64,000 nucleotides of DNA from NCBI GenBank assembly GCA_009859145.1, contig VRVR01000061.1:1-64000 (forward strand), read 5' to 3'. The first letter of the stretch is position 1. Every line of letters begins with the position of its first letter. The notes beneath the pieces were generated by a model. That model made no database searches. It had not been told where the DNA came from and worked only from the letters and a program-made list of their open reading frames with translations. Shown in pieces: positions 10,292 to 20,583 of the stretch. A program made the translations under genes and the position numbers. Source of the stretch: Andalucia godoyi And28. Its lineage: Eukaryota; Protista; Jakobida.

Positions 10292-11452
10292 TCACTCATC
10301 AGCGGGCAAGGGATCGAGTCGGTGGGAGCAGCAGGAACAAGAGGAGTTGTGTTTGAGAAGGGAAGCATGTGCCTTGAAGGCTGGATCCGAAGGAACGAGC
10401 TTCAGGAAATCGAGAGCTGTGCGCGCAAGAAGCTGTTCTTTATCCGCAGAACTAAGCTTCTTGGACGCCTCGATGAGTGTGCCTGGGACATCTTCCCCGA
10501 GAGGGAAAGGATAGTCCGTGCCGAGCATGACCCTCTCAGATCCAAACATGGAGACCAGAAACTCGAGGGACCGCGGATCATGGACTAGCGAGTCTACGAA
10601 AAAGTGCTTTTGCGCAACGTACTTTGTCGGAGGATGCTTGTTGTCCACAGCACACAAATCCGGTCTTACCTCCCAGCCGTGCTGCACGCGACCAAGACAG
10701 AACGGAAACGACCCTCCGCCGTGTGCGAGTCCAATCCGCAGCGTAGGCAGTCGCTCCAAAACTCCTCCAAACACCAGGGAGCACGCGGCAAGAGCAGTCT
10801 CTGCAGGCATCCCGACGAGCCACGGCGTCCAGTACTTCTTCATGCACGCCGAGTCCATGTACCAAGGGTGGATGAAAACAGCGCATCCGAGATCCGCGGC
10901 CGTTTGGAACACCGGGAACAAAGAAGGGTCGTCCAGGGTCTTTGGAATGACTCCCGGTCCACCGACATGCGAGGCGATTTGAATGCCTTTCAGCCCCAGC
11001 TCGTTCACACATCGCTTAAGCTCGAGCACTGCGAGAGCAGGGTCCTGCAAGGGCACAGTGCCGAGTCCAACAAAGCGATCGGGATGCGCCCGGCAACATT
11101 CTGCGAGATGGTCGTTCAAAAACTGGCTCACGATCAGCCCGTCCTGCGGCTTTGCAAAGTACGAAAACAAGACCGGGATTGTCGACAGCACTTGCACAGA
11201 CACACCCTTCTCGTCCATTTCCACGATTCGAGCCTGTACATCATAGCAGTTTCGTTCCACCTTGCGGAAAAACTGACCGTCGTCATACACCATGTCCACA
11301 GTGCGATCTGGAAGATGCTGCAGCGTCATGAACCCACCATACCCAAACTTCTCCTTCCAGTTTGGAATGTGTGACGGCATCAAGTGCGCGTGCACGTCAA
11401 TGCGGAACAGCGGGTCGCGCGTCCCCATCCCTGGTGAACGATATTCAGACAT
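10292..11452 (-). CDS. ACMSD: 2-amino-3-carboxymuconate-6-semialdehyde decarboxylase (amidohydrolase 2)
   Basis: IDVHAH metal motif, KEKFGYGGF, VFIHPW, AHGGG, MLGTDYPFPLGE. Confidence 0.95.
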   Translation of the reverse strand: MSEYRSPGMGTRDPLFRIDVHAHLMPSHIPNWKEKFGYGGFMTLQHLPDRTVDMVYDDGQFFRKVERNCYDVQARIVEMDEKGVSVQVLSTIPVLFSYFAKPQDGLIVSQFLNDHLAECCRAHPDRFVGLGTVPLQDPALAVLELKRCVNELGLKGIQIASHVGGPGVIPKTLDDPSLFPVFQTAADLGCAVFIHPWYMDSACMKKYWTPWLVGMPAETALAACSLVFGGVLERLPTLRIGLAHGGGSFPFCLGRVQHGWEVRPDLCAVDNKHPPTKYVAQKHFFVDSLVHDPRSLEFLVSMFGSERVMLGTDYPFPLGEDVPGTLIEASKKLSSADKEQLLARTALDFLKLVPSDPAFKAHASLLKHNSSCSCCSHRLDPLPADE

Positions 11453-11962
11453 CCTCTGCTACTCTTCCTTTTTTCTCCTCCTTCTTATTCTTCCCCTTAT
11501 TCTATTTGTATTTCTATTCTTATTCTTATTGCCTTTGCCCCTCTGCTTTTCGGATTGTCGGAGAATCAACGATCAAGGTAGACTTCTGCAGGTGCTCGGT
11601 GTTTGGACTCGGAACTCGGAAAAACATAAAACAAAATTTCAAGAAAACCAAAGTAAAACCGCTGCCACTTATTGCAATATGATGAAGCAATTTAGACGAA
11701 TAGCGGGATTTTCCATGTGGGACCAGGCTGCGAGCTGCTGTACAGCACTGCCCCGAGCTCCTTTTGAGCGCCTTGAAGACAGAACGGGCTACAGACGCTG
11801 CGCTCGGTTGGGTTTCATTGGCAGGTTGAGTGCTGGGGCTTTTCCATTCTGCCGGTTCGTTTGCTCGTAGGCTTGTTTGTTTGGCGGCGTGGTGGTTTTT
11901 GGTACTTTTGTTTTTCATTGCGAGGGGAAAGGAAGCTCCGGGGAAGGTGAAAGAAAGTAGAT

Positions 11963-13483
11963 ATGTCAAAACTGGTGGCTGCTGAGCGTGTTCCTGCGAA
12001 TCTTCCGGCGAGTGTGGCTGCAGACGGCCGGGCGTCGTCTCTTCCGCTCTTGCGAAACTATATCAATGGAGCTTTTGTGGATTTCTGGGGCAGCGATGAG
12101 GTGTTGGAAGATGTGGATCCGTACACGGGGCAGGTGATTGCGTATCTGCCGAGATCGAAGAGTGAGGATGTTGACAGGGCTGTTCGAGCAGCCGACCACG
12201 CACACCGCGTTGGAGAATGGAGAAAGAGTAGCACGCAGCACAGAGCTCATGCGCTGGAAAGAATCGCACACTTGATTGAGAAACATCTCGACGAGTTTGC
12301 GGCGCTGGAAAGTGCAGACACCGGAAAACCGATCACGCTTGCAAAAAACATGGATGTTCCGCGTGCGGTCGACAACTTTATCTTTTTTGCTGCTTGCTTG
12401 CGTGCGTACTCCAACGAATCCACACTGCAAAATGCACCCGTGCAGGCGCTGCATTACACACACCGGACTCCGGTCGGTGTGTGTGCGCTAATTGCTCCGT
12501 GGAACTTGCCACTGTATCTCATGACGTGGAAAATTGCGCCGTGCTTGGCAATGGGGAATACCTGCGTCGTGAAGCCATCGGAATTCACGTCCCAGACGCT
12601 GCATCTGCTGGTGAGGCTGATTCATGAAGCACACATTTTACCTCCAGGAACGCTCAATCTTGTGATGGGGTATGGAGCGGATGTCGGTGCTGCTATGACC
12701 AGCCATGCTCTTGTGTCCGCGATCTCGTTTACTGGTGGAACCGTCACCGGGCAGCGGGTGGCAATCGCAGCTGCGCAAAGCTTCACAAAGGTCTCTCTTG
12801 AACTCGGCGGGAAGAATGCAACCATCATTACCGATTCGACTGATTTTGAGAACCCGGAAGTCATGGCCACGCTGGTTCGCGCGTCCTTTGCGAATTCCGG
12901 TCAGATCTGCTTGTGCGGATCGCGCATTCTCGTTCAGCAATCGATATACGACAAATTTGTGCCAGCATTTGTTTCGCATGTGAAATCATTGCGCTTTGGA
13001 GATCCTCGCGATCCACAAACGCAGGTGGGTCCTGTTATCTCGGCTCCGCACGCAGAAAAACTAGAGATGATCGTGGAGGCTCTTCGGAACACGGGAGGAC
13101 GAGTGCTGTGTGGCGGGTCCCGCATTGGATACGCGGGATTCCAGCCAACCGTTGTGGAGGGTGTCGATCATGGCCTCGTATGCGACGATGAATTCTTTGG
13201 ACCTGTTGTAACTGTGCATCCATTTTCGAATGATGAAGACGCGATTCAAATGGCCAATGCTTCTCGCTACGGTCTTGCAGGCTCTGTATGGACCAAGGAG
13301 ATCGATCGTGGACACAAGATTGCGCAAGGCATGGAAACAGGAATGGTGTGGGTGAATTGCTGGCTTGTACGCGACCTGCGAGTTCCTTTTGGCGGTGTCA
13401 AGGATTCTGGAGTGGGTCGCGAAGGAGGCCAGTACTCGCTGCGGTTCTTTTCTGATGAAAAGAACATTTGCATTCGGTTGTAG
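11963..13483 (+). CDS. ALDH8A1: 2-aminomuconate semialdehyde dehydrogenase (ALDH8A1-like)
   Basis: LRNYING, MDVPRAVDNFIFFA, IAPWNLPLYLMTWKIAP, LELGGKN (Glu), GQICLCGSRI (Cys), WVNCWLVRDLRVPFGG. Confidence 0.9.
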   Translation: MSKLVAAERVPANLPASVAADGRASSLPLLRNYINGAFVDFWGSDEVLEDVDPYTGQVIAYLPRSKSEDVDRAVRAADHAHRVGEWRKSSTQHRAHALERIAHLIEKHLDEFAALESADTGKPITLAKNMDVPRAVDNFIFFAACLRAYSNESTLQNAPVQALHYTHRTPVGVCALIAPWNLPLYLMTWKIAPCLAMGNTCVVKPSEFTSQTLHLLVRLIHEAHILPPGTLNLVMGYGADVGAAMTSHALVSAISFTGGTVTGQRVAIAAAQSFTKVSLELGGKNATIITDSTDFENPEVMATLVRASFANSGQICLCGSRILVQQSIYDKFVPAFVSHVKSLRFGDPRDPQTQVGPVISAPHAEKLEMIVEALRNTGGRVLCGGSRIGYAGFQPTVVEGVDHGLVCDDEFFGPVVTVHPFSNDEDAIQMANASRYGLAGSVWTKEIDRGHKIAQGMETGMVWVNCWLVRDLRVPFGGVKDSGVGREGGQYSLRFFSDEKNICIRL

Positions 13484-13486
13484 CTT

Positions 13487-13542
<56 letters not shown>
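13487..13542. repeat. (TTG)n microsatellite
   Basis: Perfect TTG run just after the ALDH stop, between convergent genes. Confidence 0.95.
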
Positions 13543-13543
<1 letters not shown>

Positions 13544-13628
13544 TCCTTTTTTTCTCCCGCGATTTGCAGTCTGCGGTCTGCGGTCTGCAGTTTGTTGAAC
13601 GAGTAGACTTTTGGGGGACGAGCGATTC

Positions 13629-14504
13629 TTACGGGGGCAGTCTTGTGATGTCGGCTGCTCGGGTTGTGATGGATCGGTACGGATAAGCATAAAACTGCGC
13701 GACGCCTGCCGGGGTTCCTTGAATTGATGTTGAGCGCACCACCTGCCACGCACCGATGATTTCTGGGATGACAAAATGCATCAACAAAAACACTCCGTAG
13801 AGAATAGGGGAGCCGACACATGCAGAGCATCTGGCAAACCAATACAGGACCAAAAAGAGGGACAGACAGAGCACCTTTAGAAACAGCAAGAACGAAATCA
13901 ACAGCGCTCTGCCAGCCAAGTCCTCGATGGCGTCTGCATGATTCGAGACTTCCAGGAGAGATCGCAGCTTTGTGCAGCTTCTTGCTATAATCACAAGGTA
14001 CACGAGTGCGATCAGAAGCAGCGACAAGGAAACCCCCAGAAACAGCCAGTGCAGCGGAAAGACACTAACAACGGTGAATGCAATGACTCCGAGACCCAGC
14101 ACAGCAGAGATCGCGAGAGCAAACGCAAAGAGCTTTGAGTCTGATCTCTGCTCATAGATTGACTGCTGCGTGATCAGCGACACGGATTCCAGCGGGTCGA
14201 ACGAGAATATCCGATACGTCTTTTTCCAGAACAGTACGAGCGGCACAAGCGACGCAAAGAACGACAGGCTTGCAACGTGGATCATTGCAATAATCCATTT
14301 TTGAGATGCCAACGTGTCGTCATACGGCACAAAACAGAAGCAGCGGAGTCCAAACGTAAAGATCAAGAGCAGCGCAGAAACCTGCTTCCGATGCGAGTGC
14401 GATCCTCGGCAAATCTTTCGAAGAAGAAGCAGCACAACCAGCACGAACGCCCCACCTCCGTAAAGCACTCCCACCGCTAAATCGACCCAATAAAACGCAT
14501 CCAT
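13629..14504 (-). CDS. Uncharacterised multi-pass (about 7 TM) membrane protein
   Basis: 291-aa ORF with about seven hydrophobic segments and a polar tail. Confidence 0.75.
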   Translation of the reverse strand: MDAFYWVDLAVGVLYGGGAFVLVVLLLLRKICRGSHSHRKQVSALLLIFTFGLRCFCFVPYDDTLASQKWIIAMIHVASLSFFASLVPLVLFWKKTYRIFSFDPLESVSLITQQSIYEQRSDSKLFAFALAISAVLGLGVIAFTVVSVFPLHWLFLGVSLSLLLIALVYLVIIARSCTKLRSLLEVSNHADAIEDLAGRALLISFLLFLKVLCLSLFLVLYWFARCSACVGSPILYGVFLLMHFVIPEIIGAWQVVRSTSIQGTPAGVAQFYAYPYRSITTRAADITRLPP

Positions 14505-15440
14505 GCCTCAAATACCTTTCAACAACAAAAACAACAAGCAGTCCAGCAACTCGGCATCAAAAAACGGAAGTGAAACCCGTAAAAAACGAAAGAACAGGAT
14601 AAACGTGCTGTGCGGGGGAGGAAACCCCAAGGGAGAAATGAAAAAAAAACGGAAATAACGTCGCATGAGGCATTCCCGTCGTGACGACAGTCGCCAATCT
14701 GTCGTAGTCCATCCAGGAGCTCAAGCGAGGGCGGGGAAAAAGAAACGGACCGACAAAAAAAAAACGAGAGAGAAAGGCTTTCCATTTTACCCGCATCACG
14801 CGGCATTGGAAGGACGACCGAGGCGGAGAGGTTCGACTTCAGCAGTGGAAGTGTCAACGTGACTGGGCTAGGTTAACACTGGCCCGTGTCAGTACTGCTC
14901 ACAATGGACGGCGTTTCTTGCGACAAAAACGTGTGTGTGTCAACAAGAATGGACAAACCAGCCAAGAAAGTTAATTTAAATTTTTTATGGAAAAATGGAT
15001 CCGTACTGGAATACACTTGGGTTCTCTTTCTCTCACTCCATACCTTTTGACGCAACATAGTACCACACAGGTTTTTTCTTCTCTTCTTCTTTTGTTTCCT
15101 TTTCTCCCTCAACACGCTGCTCTCTGTCGTCCTTTTTTGTCTGTCTGTCCCTCGCTTTGCTGAATAGACTGTGCATTTCTTTCTGTCCTCTACCTGTCTT
15201 GAATTGCAATGGACTTCCCGCTTTTCGTCTCCACCACCCCTGCATGATCAACTAGTTACGAGACATCCCAAAAGACAGAGCTTCACACATCGCACACCTC
15301 CACACATCACACACGCCGCCTGAAGATTCTCCTGTCGAATTGCGTTTCTTTTTGTACTACTTGAAGTTTTTGACATCGTCATCAGCGTCGACACCACCAC
15401 TGCCACTTAACGTCCCCTTTCTTTGTTGTACATTCAATTA

Positions 15441-15918
15441 ATGGGTGAGCTGCTGGTTCCTGGGACTCCGTTGGAGACTCGCTGGAATCTGTTCCTCGTG
15501 GTTCTCTCTATTTTTCTGTCTTTATTCGGATCATTTACAGCTATGCAACTCGCCTTGGCGGCAAAGTCCGCAAGGGCCGATGCAAAGTCCAGACATGCAC
15601 TGTACGTTTTGTCTGCGTTCTCTCTTGCGTGCTGCGGTGTCTTTGCATTCCACTTTTTGGGCATGTTGGCTCTTGAATTTCACCCGTATGTTGAAATTCA
15701 GTATGACGCAAAAATGACTTCGCTGTCGCTCATCTGCTGTTTGCTGTGCTGCGAGGTGTCCTTGTTCGTGCTGATCTACGGCAGAAGAGATCGCTTGGGC
15801 GCTGTGGATGTGCGCGGGGCAGATCACATATACTGGGTCCGAAACCGCAGGAATTCAATGTCCGAGCTGGATGTTGTACAGCGTAATACCCCCGGACTTC
15901 CTATGGACTCTAGCTCTA

Positions 15919-15952
<34 letters not shown>

Positions 15953-17636
15953 TGGTTCTGCTTCGAGCGATTCCGAGGGTCCACTCGACGGCTCCGACAG
16001 TTTGGAGCGGCAGCAAATGCTGAGCCAATCCAGCCAGGATGGAGGTATGCAGTCCTCCACCCCGGACGGCGAGGATCCAGAAATTGCTGAAACGCAGTCG
16101 GAGGATTCGGAAGTGGATAACTATGTGTTGGACATTTCGGACGGTCGAGTCTCGCACTTTGAACAGCCGCCGCTGCATCGCAGGAGAGGACTGCATCGGC
16201 GCCATTCGTTGGACATGGCCTCGCATCGTGGACGCGGACCCCATGGAGAGCCAGTACCCCCACTTCCTGCATTCAGCAGTGACCGACATCCCGGTCGTCA
16301 TCCAGAGCACCGCAGCTACTCCAGTCCTGCGGCTCCCGAATATCACTTGCGATTCCGGTGGCCAGTTCGCTGGGCATTGTGCTTCAAAAAGGGCGCGCAA
16401 CAAATGCTGGGCCTGAGCAGCATTGACAAGTTCCGGTATCTGTCAGTGTCGTTCCTATTTGCAGTGGGTCTCGGAACGATGCACTTCATGGGAATGGCCT
16501 CGATGACCGGGCCGATTCGAGGTACGTACGGAATACCTCTCTTGGTCGTGAGCCTTTTGATTTTGGCAGTCAGCGGGTTCGTCGCTGCGGTGGCGTTTGA
16601 TGTTGTCAGCAACGCTCGACAGATTGTGTCCTTCTCCACAGGCATTTCCTCGGGAGTCGCGCTGTTCCATTACATTGCGATGCTCTCCATGGACTTTGTG
16701 TACGATCCGTTTTCCAAGCGGAACGTTGATAATTCGTCCGCATGGCTCTACATGTCCAACTTGTCTCGATCGGATCTCGCTGTGCTTGTGATTGTGATTG
16801 CGCTTCTTGTGTGCCTGTTTTTGCAAGGTATCCAGTCGATTTTTGTTTCGCGCGTCAACAGCGAATTAGAAACGATGATGGCAGAGCTTTCGCGAGAAAA
16901 GGCGAGGTCCGAAGCGCTCCTCTTGAACATCCTTCCCAAGGATGTCGCGGAGATCATGAAGAAACACGGTGGCTCGCATCTTATCCATCGCAAGATTGAA
17001 TCCTGCAGCGTACTCTTTTGCGATCTCGTGAACTTTACTCCTCTCGCTGCCACCCTGACATCCTTCCAAGTAGTCTCCATGCTGCACCGCTTGTTTTCGG
17101 GCCTGGATGACATCTGCGAGTCCTACGGGATTGAAAAGATCAAGACAATTGGCGACTGCCTCTTTGCACTGTCCGAAGGGCCGAACCATGCGACACGTGC
17201 TCTCGAGTTCGCACTCGCTGTTGTGGATGTCGTGGAGAAGAAGTGGTCGCACAAGGGACTGCAGATTCGAATCGGAGTGGCCAGCGGGTCTGCGTCCGCC
17301 GGTATTGTAGGGCGGCGGAAGTGGCTGTACGACTTGTTTGGCGACGTCATCAACGTCGCCAGTCGGATGGAATCCACGTCTTTTCCGCAGTGTGTGCAAA
17401 TCAGCAATGCGACATATGAACTGCTTCTGGGAGAAAACGCGGTCTCGCCGTCATTACGCTTTCGATTCTCCGACTTTGTCCAACGACGGGTGCTTATCAA
17501 GGGTAAGGGGTTCATGACCACTTGGGTCTGGGTCCACCCGAGCCAGTTTCAGATTCGCAAGCTTGTGGAATCCGAGGAAGAAGAGCAACCCCCCGATCTC
17601 ATCTCTGTCGACGGTGCGTCGGATCTCGATTCGTAA
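15441..17636 (+). CDS. MHYT-domain membrane sensor fused to class III adenylate cyclase
   Basis: Three MHYT-like motifs (AFHFLGM, TMHFMGM, LFHYIAM). Cyclase motifs VLFCDLVNFT, KIKTIGD and YDLFGDVINVASRMES; the Lys/Asp pair indicates ATP specificity. Confidence 0.9.
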
Positions 17637-17748
17637 TGTATTTTAATTTTAGTTCGTTTTAAATTTTTAATTTAATAATAATAATAAAAACTGAACAGCT
17701 GTACTCTTCCGGGGAAAAAAAAGGGCTAATAAAGAGGAAAAAATTACT

Positions 17749-17833
17749 TGCACGCGCTGGGATTCGAACCCAGGCCCTCGAATGAAGAGTCGAACTTGAG
17801 TCGACCGCCTTAGACCAACTCGGCCACACGTGC
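17749..17833 (-). tRNA. tRNA-Leu(CAA)
   Basis: Full cloverleaf; anticodon arm GTCGA-CTCAAGT-TCGAC, long variable arm, TTCGAAT loop, followed by a T6 Pol III terminator. Confidence 0.95.
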
Positions 17834-18118
17834 CCATTCCAGGGGAGTCGCTCCGAGTATTCAGTCTTGTTTTTTTTTCTTCTCCAACAGTGATCCGCTT
17901 GGGCCAAAAACAGCGGCAGAGGCCCATGCATCAATTGATGGAACAGCATCCTATGTTTCCCGGTAGACTTTGGGAGATGTCTTTTCGCTTTCGCCTTTCG
18001 CTTCTCCATCCTTTTTGGTATTTTGATCCTATTTTCATATGGAATTGAGCTTTATTTTTATTTTTATTTTTATTAATTGTACACATAATCTTCTAGATCG
18101 TCGCAGTGATTCGTAGCA

Positions 18119-18508
18119 ATGAGCGACAAGTCCGGAGTGAACCCCAAGGCATACCCCCTTGCAGACTCTGCATTGACTGCGCGTATCCTTGATCTTGTGC
18201 AGCAGTCGTGCAATTTCAAGCAGCTGCGCAAGGGAGCCAACGAAGCGACCAAGGCCCTGAACCGTGGAATTTCGGAAATCATCATCATGGCCGCGGATGC
18301 CGAGCCTATTGAGATTTTGCTCCACCTCCCGCTCTTGTGTGAGGATAAGAACGTGCCCTATGTCTTTGTCCCCTCGAAGACCGCCCTTGGACGAGCATGC
18401 GGCGTCAGCAGACCCGTCATTTCAGCTGCTGTCCTCATCAACGAGGGCTCGCAGCTCAAGCAGGCTATCGACGGTGTCAAGCTCGCCGTTGAGAAACTCG
18501 TCGTCTAA
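18119..18508 (+). CDS. SNU13: 15.5K / Snu13 kink-turn binding protein
   Basis: NPKAYPLAD...[17 protein letters not shown]...[21 protein letters not shown]. Confidence 0.97.
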   Translation: MSDKSGVNPKAYPLADSALTARILDLVQQSCNFKQLRKGANEATKALNRGISEIIIMAADAEPIEILLHLPLLCEDKNVPYVFVPSKTALGRACGVSRPVISAAVLINEGSQLKQAIDGVKLAVEKLVV

Positions 18509-18727
18509 GTTTGTTTGTCTGTTTAATTCCACGCACCAGTAAAGAAATACTATCGATTCCACCCGCTATTCTCTTACTCTGTTGGTTTCCTCTTCTTTTT
18601 TTCTTTTTTTCTTTTTTTTTTATTTTATTCCCCCTTTATATTAAATTTTCCCACTCTTCATTCACTCGTTCGATTGATCTTGCGCTTTCCTTTGGTGTTT
18701 TTGGCGTGGTGCCAAAAGACACTGCAG

Positions 18728-19231
18728 ATGTTCTCACGGATGTGTGCAGTCGCAAGGATCGCAAGCTGGCCTGGGCAGGCGCGTTGCTATGCGGTACCAA
18801 TGTCTCAAGGTGTTCTTGTTTGTGGCGGAGGAGGTCGTGGTGCGGCAGTTCGGCAGTTTTCCACGGATGCTCCGTTTGTGGGAGGAAAGTTCTTCACGGA
18901 AGAAGAGATTGAAGAGCAATTTACAAAGGGCAGTGGGAATGGCGGTCAAAAGGTGAACAAGTCTGTGAACGCAGTCATTCTGAAGCACATTGCAACGGGT
19001 ACGATGGTGAAGTGCCATGCCGAGCGGTCTCTGTACGTCAACAGAAAGATTGCTCGGAAGCTGCTGGATGGGCATTTGGACGCCATCTTGAACGGCAAAG
19101 ACAGCAAAGTCGAACTTCAAAAGGCAAAAGTCCGCAAGCAACGCGACCGACGACGCAGACGACAGGCCGCCAAGAAGCAGGACGATGAGGACAGCGACCA
19201 CGAGATCGACACGATTCCACAAGCACTTTAG
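18728..19231 (+). CDS. MTRFR: Mitochondrial peptide release factor-like rescue factor (C12orf65-like)
   Basis: GSGNGGQKVNK GGQ motif, KCHAERS...NRKIAR, basic C-terminal tail, Arg-rich N-terminal presequence-like leader. Confidence 0.85.
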   Translation: MFSRMCAVARIASWPGQARCYAVPMSQGVLVCGGGGRGAAVRQFSTDAPFVGGKFFTEEEIEEQFTKGSGNGGQKVNKSVNAVILKHIATGTMVKCHAERSLYVNRKIARKLLDGHLDAILNGKDSKVELQKAKVRKQRDRRRRRQAAKKQDDEDSDHEIDTIPQAL

Positions 19232-19376
19232 AAATGGTCGTCATCATCACCATCATCGCCACCCCCACCGCCACCGCCACCACGATGGCGCTCATTTTCT
19301 GACAACAATCATAGGGCGGGATGCAGTGCTGCTACTTTGTCTTTACTATCGTATAGGGTGTCGCCCGTGCCGCACA

Positions 19377-20153
19377 CTAGTCATCATCTTCTCGATCATC
19401 GTCATCCCCGTCGCCGTTGTCATTGTTGGAGATCCTTCTATAGTCTTTCCTGGCGCCTGCGATTCCCGCAAGTTCCTCGTACTCCTCGGGCATTTCCAGC
19501 CCGCGCGTCTGGATTGCCTGTGCTCGGTGGAGCTCCCACTCGAGGAAATCGTCTCGGAACCCGCTGTGCCCTGCGCCCTTTGGAAATACGAACCTTCCGA
19601 TCCCAATGAACTGGACCGCGACGTCCGCGTTCTTGTACACGAGAATCGTCGGCATCTTGTCCCTCGGGTAGTTCTGGATCGCCTCCTTACCGTAAATCTC
19701 GACGAATTTCGAGCTTGGGTATCGCGCCGCAAGTTTCTTGAACGCCTTCTGCACGACCTCCGAGTCTGGGTATCCTTCTTCAAAGAGCAGCACGATGACC
19801 GGGTACGTTCTGGAGGTCTGTGTCACTGCCTGCTCCCATTCCACCTTCCGGATCTGCTGAACCGCGCCAAACACCGCGCTCTTCTTCAGCTCCTGCATCT
19901 GTCGTACACGCTCTTTACGGTAGTTTGCAAGAAACTCTGCATCGTCGTCCGCCCCGCGGTCTTCCGCCTCTTCCTCCATTGTCCGCAGCGATGCGTCGGA
20001 CGCCTTTGCATACGGGTCCGCTGCTCGCTCGTCAATCGCATCCTCCACAAGCTCCTCCAGCTGCTTCGCCGCCGCTTCTTCCTGCGAAATGTTGCCGTAC
20101 TTGCGCTGCACCCGCACCCAATCCGACTCGTACTTTTGATACGGATTCGACAT
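19377..20153 (-). CDS. PDCL3: Phosducin-like protein 2/3 (thioredoxin fold, CCT co-chaperone)
   Basis: SDWVRVQRKYGNI, FLANYRKERVRQM, KFVEI...IQNYPRDKMPTILVY. Start taken at ATG 20153. Confidence 0.88.
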   Translation of the reverse strand: MSNPYQKYESDWVRVQRKYGNISQEEAAAKQLEELVEDAIDERAADPYAKASDASLRTMEEEAEDRGADDDAEFLANYRKERVRQMQELKKSAVFGAVQQIRKVEWEQAVTQTSRTYPVIVLLFEEGYPDSEVVQKAFKKLAARYPSSKFVEIYGKEAIQNYPRDKMPTILVYKNADVAVQFIGIGRFVFPKGAGHSGFRDDFLEWELHRAQAIQTRGLEMPEEYEELAGIAGARKDYRRISNNDNGDGDDDDREDDD

Positions 20154-20318
20154 GACTACGTCTCTCACCACCCGTCTCTTTTTCTCTCTTTTTCTCTTTC
20201 CTGTTCGTGTTCTTGTTCGTCTTCGTGTTCGTCTTCGTGTTCGTGTTCGTCTTCGTGTTCGTGTTTGGGGCTGGAATCCCGCGTCCTACTTCAGATTCAC
20301 AGTTGACATTGGAGACTG

Positions 20319-20383
20319 GCCTCTGACACCAGCCTCTGACACCAGCCTCTGACACCAGCCTCTGACACCAGCCTCTGACACTG
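20319..20383. repeat. 13-bp tandem repeat (GCCTCTGACACCA)x5 in a divergent promoter
   Basis: Four perfect copies plus one near-perfect copy, no spacers. Confidence 0.95.
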
Positions 20384-20583
20384 GCATGTGTGTGACACCT
20401 GGCAAAACATCAGCATCAACTCCGGTCGTTGTTCATCCGAGTCAAATTTCCCAAAGGAGTCGTACAAAGGCGCGCTCTCATCTGTTTTCCTCTTCTCTTT
20501 TTTATTTATCTTTATTTATCTATTTATTTATTTATTATTAGTATTTTGCTGTGCATGAGAGTGTGAGAGTGTGAGAGTACGTG

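Noticed and set aside
9515-13483. Intact horizontally transferred bacterial operon
   Set aside because: The genes are +/-/+ with eukaryote-like intergenic DNA, and ACMSD/ALDH resemble eukaryotic orthologues. The cluster is kept but not called an operon.
20319-20383. CRISPR-like array
   Set aside because: Head-to-tail 13-mers without spacers, no cas genes, eukaryotic context. The same applies to 40399..40477.
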